21,013 nt of DNA. Origin: an uncultured archaeon (lineage in GTDB: Archaea; Asgardarchaeota; Lokiarchaeia; Sigyniarchaeales; SOKP01). This document shows, one piece after another, positions 1 through 6,918 of this stretch. The notes under the pieces were generated by a model. It had not been told where the DNA came from. It ran no database searches and saw only the letters and a list, made by a program, of their open reading frames with translations. The translations under genes were made by a program, and so were the position numbers. How positions within the stretch are numbered: the stretch's first letter is position 1; the number at the start of each line of letters is the position of its first letter. Location of the stretch: the NCBI GenBank assembly GCA_964508365.1, contig CAZDTP010000060.1:1-21013 (forward strand). Direction: 5' to 3'.

Positions 1-51
1 AAGTAAGCCAGTGCGCGTAAGCGCTCGGGGGTTCAAATCCCTCCAGGTGCG
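1..51 (+). tRNA. 3' portion of a tRNA-Ser (class II, 5' half outside window); anticodon not visible, possibly UGA with a 37/38 intron
   Basis: Anticodon-stem 3' strand GCCAG (7-11), variable arm GCGC-GTAA-GCGC (13-24), T arm GGGGG-TTCAAAT-CCCTC (27-43), acceptor 3' strand CAGGTGC (44-50), discriminator G51 (Ser; Leu would have A). The 5-bp T stem argues against tRNA-Sec. Confidence 0.8.
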
Positions 52-76
52 TTTTCAATGGCAATCAATACTAAAT

Positions 77-180
77 GGGCTATTAGCGCAGTCAGGTAGC
101 GCATCCGGCTCTTAACCGGCAGGTCGGGGGTTCGATACCTCCATTCAAAAAGTATGGAGGCGAAATTCCCTCATAGCCCG
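77..180 (+). tRNA. tRNA-Lys(CUU) with a 30-nt intron (137-166) at position 59/60
   Basis: Acceptor GGGCTAT (77-83)/ATAGCCC (173-179), D stem GCGC/GCGC, anticodon loop CT-CTT-AA (109-115), variable AGGTC, T stem GGGGG (126-130)/CCCTC (168-172), G73 at 180, CCA not encoded. A strict BHB motif restores T loop TTCGATT. Confidence 0.93.
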
Positions 181-181
181 C

Positions 182-190
182 TTTTTCTTT
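182..190 (+). terminator. Oligo-T terminator after the tRNA pair
   Basis: TTTTTCTTT begins 2 nt after the tRNA-Lys discriminator; convergent with the stop of the 213-1103 gene. Confidence 0.5.
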
Positions 191-212
191 AATAAAAAGT
201 GATACTACCTTA

Positions 213-1103
213 TTATAAATATTGGAAAATTACTTCAAAATCAGAGAAATCAAAAGGTTTTAAAATGTAACCATCAGCATTACTTTCTTCGAGATGTTTT
301 TCTACTTCTGAACCGGGTATAGCAGTTAACAAATAAACCGAAATGTTTTGATGTTCTTTACTTGATTTAATCTGTTTGCAAATATCATAACCACTATAAT
401 CAGGTAAAATAATATCAAGCAATACCAACTTAGGTGGGTTATTTGCTAGCTCTTCCAATCCTTTTGTTCCACTTACTACACCCTTACAGGAAAAACCTTT
501 GCTTTCAAAATAGCTTGTTAATAAACGAATAGTAGCTAAATCATCTTCAATTAATAATATATCATATTGAAGTGCTTCTGTTTTAATATTGTCCAGAATG
601 TTGATAATTTTCTTCTCTAAAAGTAGAGATTGATTAAATATATTTTGAATGGTGGTAAAAACACTTTCGTCCATTTCATCACGATAATTTTCAATTAATA
701 GTTGAGAAAATCCTTTGATTGAAGTTAATGGTTCCTTTAGAGCATGCGATATGTTTGTGAGAGTTTGATTGTCTATTTTATGCAAATCTTCATTGATTAG
801 AGAGGATTCTTGCTTTATAAAATAATTAACACTCTCCCGTATAAGTTTGGAAATGGTGTTATATGTATCTTTATGAGTTTTTATAAACTTGCTCCACTCT
901 TCTTTGGTGTTGTCAGCTACATACAAGGAAATGCGCTCCTTTTCTCTGTCGTATATTTTTTCTCCTTTAAGCCATTTCATAAAGCCTTCTGTTATGTTTC
1001 CACGCCATTTAGCATACTTATCAGTTGTGTCCTCATACTCCATCATTAGTTTTTTCGATTGTTCGCTATTCCAATCCAGCTTATTTATTTCTTCATCAGT
1101 CAT
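213..1103 (-). CDS. Signal-transduction protein: unknown N-terminal motif + probable ribbon-helix-helix + HisKA-like + receiver domain, no HATPase_c (paralogue 1)
   Basis: RHH-like KERISLYV...TISKLIRESVNYFI (aa ~55-97); H-box SHALKEPLTSIKG (H120); REC with EDD, LLD230, LTA and KPF. The frame stays open upstream to 1169 (possible ATA start at 1166). Confidence 0.85.
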   Translation of the reverse strand: MTDEEINKLDWNSEQSKKLMMEYEDTTDKYAKWRGNITEGFMKWLKGEKIYDREKERISLYVADNTKEEWSKFIKTHKDTYNTISKLIRESVNYFIKQESSLINEDLHKIDNQTLTNISHALKEPLTSIKGFSQLLIENYRDEMDESVFTTIQNIFNQSLLLEKKIINILDNIKTEALQYDILLIEDDLATIRLLTSYFESKGFSCKGVVSGTKGLEELANNPPKLVLLDIILPDYSGYDICKQIKSSKEHQNISVYLLTAIPGSEVEKHLEESNADGYILKPFDFSDFEVIFQYL

Positions 1104-1372
1104 ATTTGGACTTGTGTGATTTTCCTTACCATTTGAATTACTACCGTTCTCATTTTCGTTAGGTATTTTTTACACCACATACATTTTCATTTGATTTATA
1201 TCCGAGTAATATTATGCTTAAAAATCTAATATTATTATATTGCTTATTTTAAAAAATTTTATTTTTTGTATACTAATCCTTTACTTAAAAGTAATTCTTC
1301 ACAAAAAATAAGGTTTATCCATTTAAATTCTATCATATTTCTTTATAAGTTAACAAACCCAAAGAAAAATCG

Positions 1373-1396
1373 CCATCCTTCTCTCGAGGGGGATGG
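1373..1396. terminator. GC-rich hairpin between the two paralogues, probable terminator of the 1418-2326 gene
   Basis: CCATCCTTCT-CTCG-AGGGGGATGG: 10-bp stem with two G-U pairs on the + strand; on the - strand it is followed by CGATTTTTCTTT, about 20 nt past the stop. Confidence 0.5.
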
Positions 1397-1417
1397 TTTA
1401 TTAAATTAATACTCAGA

Positions 1418-2326
1418 TTATTTCACTTTTCCATTTAAAATTTTAAAAATAACTCCAAAATCAGAAAAGTTAAATGGTTTAAGAATGTATCCGTCAGCGA
1501 GTGTCTCATTTAAACGCTTTTTTATTTCTGATGCGGATATCGCTGTTAAAAAGTAAACTGGTATCTTTTTGTAAGTATTATCCGTTTTTATAGTCTGACA
1601 TATATCATACCCACTTAAATCAGGCAAAATTATGTCTAACAATATAACTTTTGGGACCACTCTTCTTAATTCCTCTAAACCCTTTGTCCCACTTACAACT
1701 CCCTTACATATGTAATGCTTACTTTCAAAATAGCTTGTTATTAACCGGATTGTTGCCAAATCGTCTTCAATTAATAAAATATCGTAGGGAGTAAATTCAG
1801 GTTGAATATTATCTAAGAAATTTTTTATAATGTTTTCTAGTAGATTACTCTGATCGAAAATATTTTTTATTGTTTCCTCAACATGCTCACTTAAGTTAGC
1901 TTTATATTCATCGCTTTCAAGAAGTAACTGGGAATAACCTTTAATAGATGTTAGAGGTTCTTTTAAGGCGTGAGAGATGTTGGATATGGTACTCGGGTTC
2001 AATTTAGATAATTCACTTGAAACTCTACTCGAATCTTCTATAAATGACTTAACACTTTGTCTTATTAACTCTGAAAAACTAGGATAGGACTCTTTGTTTT
2101 TATTTATAAAATTTTGCCAATCTCCTTTAATCTTATCGTCAACATATAAAGATATTCTTTCCTTATCCCGCGTATAAATTTTTTCGCCTTTTAACCATTT
2201 TTTAAAACCTTCAGTTATCGCTCCTCTCCAAACTGCGTACTTATCGTTCTCTTCTTTGTATTTTTTCATATATTGCTTTATTTTTTCGTCGTTAAGATTA
2301 ATGTGTTCTATTTCTTTTTCGTTCAT
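1418..2326 (-). CDS. Signal-transduction protein: unknown N-terminal motif + probable RHH + HisKA-like + receiver domain, no HATPase_c (paralogue 2)
   Basis: Collinear with 213-1103 (shared KWLKGEKIY, KERISLYV, NISHALKEPLTSIKG, YDILLIEDDLATIRL, GYILKPF). The frame stays open upstream to 2434 (possible ATA start at 2422). Confidence 0.85.
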   Translation of the reverse strand: MNEKEIEHINLNDEKIKQYMKKYKEENDKYAVWRGAITEGFKKWLKGEKIYTRDKERISLYVDDKIKGDWQNFINKNKESYPSFSELIRQSVKSFIEDSSRVSSELSKLNPSTISNISHALKEPLTSIKGYSQLLLESDEYKANLSEHVEETIKNIFDQSNLLENIIKNFLDNIQPEFTPYDILLIEDDLATIRLITSYFESKHYICKGVVSGTKGLEELRRVVPKVILLDIILPDLSGYDICQTIKTDNTYKKIPVYFLTAISASEIKKRLNETLADGYILKPFNFSDFGVIFKILNGKVK

Positions 2327-2729
2327 ACTAGGTTTATCTTCTGATTTATCCTTACTAGAAATCTTTTCATTCTTAGTGGATGGAATTTCTTTCTTATTTG
2401 ATTTTTCCGGTTCTTGCGATATCTGTTTTTCACCTTAAAAGAAAATTTTTCTTTGAAAAAAACGATAATAAATCCAAAAAGTTAGTGGTAAAAGTTTTAT
2501 TTAAGATTATGTAAAAAGATAGCACCATAACTAATTACTAATTTTAACGCGATTAAGAATAAAGTCGCAATTTTCAAGAAGCAAATTCAAGGAAAATATT
2601 TCACCCAAGGTTCTAAAGGTGCCATATTTTTATTCAAATATATACCCTAATCATACATCTATTATTAATTCAAAAAAAAATAGTTATATTCAAATTCCTT
2701 TTATTCATAGGATATTAGGTAAAAAAAAA

Positions 2730-2755
2730 AAAAGTTACTACTAAAAGTAACTTTT
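2730..2755. promoter_or_regulatory. Perfect 10-bp inverted repeat, candidate operator in the divergent region
   Basis: AAAAGTTACT-ACTAAA-AGTAACTTTT, about 20 nt upstream of a TATA-like TTTAAATA (2775-2782). Confidence 0.4.
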
Positions 2756-2932
2756 GTATTACAAAAACAAAATATTTAAATATAAAATTATCATTGTTTG
2801 AGATAACAACAAAAATTGTGTGTGTTCAAACATATAAAAAGTTGTCCTATTATTCCCTTGAAAAACGAGAATAGTAAATAAATAGAGACGACAAAAAAAT
2901 TTTCTAAGCTGTAAGTGAAGTGGTATTGAAAT

Positions 2933-3826
2933 ATGGTTGTAGAATTAGATGTATCATCAAATTTATGCCCAGAATGCCGGGGAAATACTGTTATTATACA
3001 AGAAAGAGGAGAAACTGTCTGTCAACAATGTGGATTAGTTGTTGGAGAGAGAGAATTGGATATTACCCATAGTGGGATAAGGGCTTATTCGAAACACGAA
3101 AAAGATAGAAAGGAGCGGACAGGGTCTCCTATGTCTATCTTGATGCCAGATATAGGTTTGAGTACTGTTATCGATAGAACCAAAATCAAAAATCCTGATT
3201 TACGAAGAGCTGCTAAATGGAATACTCATCTGTCTTGGGAAAAGAGAAACATGTTAATGGCCATTACCGAACTGAAAAGAATAGGTGGTAATCTAAATTT
3301 TCCCGAAAGAGTGAAAAAATCTGCTGTTAGATTATATAAAGAAGTTTTTAAAAGACAACTTTTGCGTGGAAGATCAATAAACGGGATGGTTGCCGCATGT
3401 GCGTACTACGCATGCAAAGACGAAAAAGTGCCTATAACGCTTCAAGAAATACTAGAAGAAGCTTCTATTAACGACAATATCGTAAAGAAGTGCTATAAGA
3501 TTTTAGTTCGGGAGTTAAATTTAAAAATATCACATATTGATCCCGTAACTCTTATCCCGCGTTACTGTGCTGATCTAAATTTAGGTATTGAAGTGGAAAA
3601 AGAAGCAATGAAAGTGCTTCATAACTTTATAGTAAGAACCTCTATTTCTGGTAAAGATCCTAAAGGATTATGTGCTGGTGCGATATATCTTGTAGCGAAG
3701 TTGAGGAATGTAAAAGTGTCTCAAAAAGACATATCTCGTGTTATTTCAGTCACTGAAGTAACTTTGCGTTCAAGATATAAAGAACTTCTAAGGAATGTTA
3801 CTATTAATTTTAATTCATTGGATTAA
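2933..3826 (+). CDS. tfb: Transcription initiation factor IIB (TFB) family protein
   Basis: Zn ribbon CPECRG...ETVCQQCGLVV, B-reader-like RAY...RTGSP, two cyclin repeats (LLRGRSINGMVAACAY; GKDPKGLCAGAIY; VTEVTLRSRYKEL). Confidence 0.93.
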   Translation: MVVELDVSSNLCPECRGNTVIIQERGETVCQQCGLVVGERELDITHSGIRAYSKHEKDRKERTGSPMSILMPDIGLSTVIDRTKIKNPDLRRAAKWNTHLSWEKRNMLMAITELKRIGGNLNFPERVKKSAVRLYKEVFKRQLLRGRSINGMVAACAYYACKDEKVPITLQEILEEASINDNIVKKCYKILVRELNLKISHIDPVTLIPRYCADLNLGIEVEKEAMKVLHNFIVRTSISGKDPKGLCAGAIYLVAKLRNVKVSQKDISRVISVTEVTLRSRYKELLRNVTINFNSLD

Positions 3827-3928
3827 AGCATTAAAATTTTCAATATTTCACTTTTTTTTAAAAGAATTAACACATTTTACTTAAATATTAATAAATTTTA
3901 ATAAGCTATCTTTCCTAAACATTCCATT

Positions 3929-4612
3929 CTAAAGCACGCTGGAACTTGTAAGAAGAACTATTATATAGTCGGCAACGCCTTCAATAGAATCGGATATCGC
4001 TTCCAAAATGTCGAATATATTGCCAACAGTGAAAATTGTAAAGAAATTAACATCATATTCTGTTTTCTGAAGACTTTCTCTTAGTTTAATATTTAAAAGG
4101 TCTACTTCATGTTCAAGTTGATTTATCATTCTAGCATACTCTACCACACTTTTCCTTTCGCCCACTAAATCAATAACAAGCTTATCTAAACTGTTTACCG
4201 CTTCTACGGTGGTTTCACTTATTTTTAATATTAGTTTTATAGTTTCGTCACTACTTTGCTCCCAAAATCTTATAGGTACGGTAGTAATTCTACGAGCAAC
4301 GCCCGTACTACAATTTGCTACATCATCTAATCTTTTTATAAGATGTGATAAATTTTCTCTAATGCTTGGATTTAATTCTCCTTTTGAAACATCTTTTGAT
4401 ATTTCTCTTCTTAACTTGTCTGCTTCGTCCTCTAAAAGATCAACTTTGTCAAAGTTTTCGCGAGATTGTTCAAGATTCTTTTCCTTTAGCAATACTTTTA
4501 GCCCAACTTCTAATTCTCTTACACATTGTTGAACGACCTTAGCATGTTTGATCGTTTTTTCTAAAACATTCAATGCCGTTTTTCTTTTCAAATATTCTAT
4601 TAATGAACCCAT
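3929..4612 (-). CDS. DUF47 / PhoU-like phosphate-transport regulator
   Basis: LEDEADKLRR, RLDDVAN, LEHEVD and EAISDSIEGVAD helical repeats; next to PiT. ATG at 4612 preferred to GTG at 4621 because of GTGA-N5-ATG. Confidence 0.85.
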   Translation of the reverse strand: MGSLIEYLKRKTALNVLEKTIKHAKVVQQCVRELEVGLKVLLKEKNLEQSRENFDKVDLLEDEADKLRREISKDVSKGELNPSIRENLSHLIKRLDDVANCSTGVARRITTVPIRFWEQSSDETIKLILKISETTVEAVNSLDKLVIDLVGERKSVVEYARMINQLEHEVDLLNIKLRESLQKTEYDVNFFTIFTVGNIFDILEAISDSIEGVADYIIVLLTSSSVL

Positions 4613-4681
4613 TTTTATCACACATTTTCTTTTCTTTATTAGTGCTATATATTACAATTACTCAGTATTTTTTATAGTTTA

Positions 4682-5713
4682 TTAGACTAATCCAAATAAA
4701 TTAAATCCAAAATAAATCAACCCCGCGAGAATCGCAGCAACTGGAAAAGTAATAATCCAGTATATAGCCATTTTTCCTAAGCCTTTGTAGTCAATTTCTT
4801 TTCTTTGAGCCACATTCATTCCAATTATGCAAAATACTATTACATGACTGTGGGAAATAGGTAAGCTTAATAAGGTAGCAATCATGAGAATCAAGGCAGA
4901 ACTTATTTGAGTAATGAGACTTTCACTAGGTCGAGAATCCATCATCTGAGATGCTAGATTCCTAACAACATACCGTGCTGCAATATATATCCCAAGGCAA
5001 GAGAACACACCACAAAGAAATGCATAGAATATATATTGCTCCAAGTTCAACGTACCGTTATCCAATAATCCATAAAGTATGCCTACCGCCTCACCAGAAT
5101 TTGCCCCCACCCATATCTCAGCAAAAATAACTGAAATTAACAATAACCATTTGAAATATTTCTCAGACCTCTCGATTTGATTTAAACCTTTTAATTTGGA
5201 AAGATAAGTTTTTGCAAGTAATTTAAAAAGCACATATGTTATGATCAATCCGAACGCTGGAGAGAAGAACCAACCAAGAATTACATTATTTAATTTTACC
5301 CAATTAAATGCTGTTTCAGGATTAACTGTTTCGTGCGTTATTGAGTATACAAATACAACTCCAAATATACTTCCTACTAATGAATGAGTACTACTTAAGG
5401 GAATTCCTGCGAAACTACCAATTACTAACCACAAGATACTACTAATTAAAACAGTTAACAACATAAAGTCTGTATAAGTTATTGCCTCACCTAATAAATC
5501 AGCACCAACGGTTTTTGCTACAAACGCAAAGCTAAAGGAGAACATCCCTACTCCAACTGCTATACCACCAATTAGTAGGGCTAATTTGAATTTAATAACT
5601 CCCGCTCCAACTAATGTGGATAGAGTTTCATCATTTGCGCCTATAGAAAATGCAAGGGCGATTGCCAAGACAATTAAAACTATTACTACAATTGAAATTA
5701 TGTCAGCTGCCAT
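4682..5713 (-). CDS. Inorganic phosphate transporter, PiT family
   Basis: GANDE signature, GIPLSSTHSLVGSIFG, repeated GAN motif, LPISHSHVIV, many hydrophobic segments. ATG at 5713 (TTG at 5719 is an alternative). Confidence 0.9.
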   Translation of the reverse strand: MAADIISIVVIVLIVLAIALAFSIGANDETLSTLVGAGVIKFKLALLIGGIAVGVGMFSFSFAFVAKTVGADLLGEAITYTDFMLLTVLISSILWLVIGSFAGIPLSSTHSLVGSIFGVVFVYSITHETVNPETAFNWVKLNNVILGWFFSPAFGLIITYVLFKLLAKTYLSKLKGLNQIERSEKYFKWLLLISVIFAEIWVGANSGEAVGILYGLLDNGTLNLEQYIFYAFLCGVFSCLGIYIAARYVVRNLASQMMDSRPSESLITQISSALILMIATLLSLPISHSHVIVFCIIGMNVAQRKEIDYKGLGKMAIYWIITFPVAAILAGLIYFGFNLFGLV

Positions 5714-5728
5714 AGCCAATCAGTTTTT

Positions 5729-6391
5729 TCAATCAAAGATTAAATATTTTGTTACTAAAAATTGAATATACTCCGAAAAGCTTTTAATATGGTCAGCCAA
5801 CATCATAATATTTTCTATCAGTTCTTTCAAGTATAGGAAAGTTTTTGACAAGTAATCCATATCATAATTATACAATTGATCAAGTAATTTCCACTCCGCT
5901 TCTCTCATTTTTCGTCTTTCTTCTTTTACTTCTTCGCATATGTCATGAGCCTTACTCAAATCTGATCCAATTGTTTTTACTGCTTCTGCTAAATCAATAG
6001 AAATTGTTTTTAATGATTTTAGAATACTTAAGATTTGGAGTTTAAACTCTTCGTCAGGAAATATAACTTGATAGAGAAGCATTTTATGGGCGAAAAATTC
6101 TCCTATATTCTTGATATCATTAATTTTATTGAATAATTTTAATCTGTCTGCTTTTGAAAACATTAATTTAGATTTAAATATTTTAAATTCAAAAGCTTTC
6201 TTGATTCGAACTTCAGTATTTGTTTCAATAACTAAATTTAGATTTTGGGTGAAGTTTTCAAATTTTTCATCAACAAGAAATTCAATGCCTTCAATTAATT
6301 TCAAATTTTGTTCATTTATATTTTCCACAAATAAGTGCGTTAATTCGTTAATATTCATCTTTTTTAACTCGTCATCACTCACTTCTCTCAT
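5729..6391 (-). CDS. Divergent DUF47/PhoU-like helical protein
   Basis: All-helical, 220 aa; FSKADRLKLFNKINDI and ELIENIMMLADHIKSFSE resemble DUF47 repeats; first gene of the PiT cluster. Confidence 0.6.
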   Translation of the reverse strand: MREVSDDELKKMNINELTHLFVENINEQNLKLIEGIEFLVDEKFENFTQNLNLVIETNTEVRIKKAFEFKIFKSKLMFSKADRLKLFNKINDIKNIGEFFAHKMLLYQVIFPDEEFKLQILSILKSLKTISIDLAEAVKTIGSDLSKAHDICEEVKEERRKMREAEWKLLDQLYNYDMDYLSKTFLYLKELIENIMMLADHIKSFSEYIQFLVTKYLIFD

Positions 6392-6579
6392 TGTGAACCT
6401 AACTCCTTAGAATTTTTAAGTTTTGATAAATTTGATATTGACTCTATTAAGGAATAATAATATCTTTGGCAAAAATAACTTTACTTTTTGTTTATTAACC
6501 TTAAAATATAAATGTCATGGGTTAGAAAACTTTTAGTCTTATTGGAATTATAAATCTCTCTTTTTTATATTACCTTACG

Positions 6580-6810
6580 ATGCGTAATGTCCAAAAATTT
6601 TACTTTTTTCGTTGTTACCATTGTGGTGAATGGTTTTATTGTAATAAAATAATAAAAACGAAAAAATGTTGGAAATGTAATCGGTCTTTCCAATTCAAAA
6701 ACTCAACTAAATTTTCCAAAATGGTAACGTTTCAAGGAGCAATTAAAATTATTAAGGATTTGAAAATGAAAGGAGAAACAGAGTCACTTTTTAAATTTCT
6801 GAACATGTAA
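6580..6810 (+). CDS. Small Zn-ribbon protein (DUF1922-like)
   Basis: RCYHCGEWFY...KKCWKCN: two CxxC pairs, then a basic helical tail. Confidence 0.7.
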   Translation: MRNVQKFYFFRCYHCGEWFYCNKIIKTKKCWKCNRSFQFKNSTKFSKMVTFQGAIKIIKDLKMKGETESLFKFLNM

Positions 6811-6918
6811 AATGAATGGAACAACTAATAAGTTCAAAAAATAAAATTATTTAACCCTCTCTTCTTCAATCTTTTAAAGCTCTCAATTTTTTTGATGAAT
6901 TAATATTTATATTGTGAT

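Noticed and set aside
810-1119. ORFs 810-1049 (+) and 889-1119 (+)
   Set aside because: Antisense shadows of the regulator gene; no recognisable motifs.
2256-2438. 60-aa Phe/Ser-rich ORF (+)
   Set aside because: Reverse complement of the Lys/Glu-rich 5' region of paralogue 2.
2721-2733. A13 tract (and A11 at 19710-19720) as phase-variation sites
   Set aside because: Intergenic, in very AT-rich DNA, not between promoter elements; homopolymer length is also error-prone.
4209-6410. ORFs 4209-4532 (+) and 6111-6410 (+)
   Set aside because: Antisense to the DUF47-like genes.
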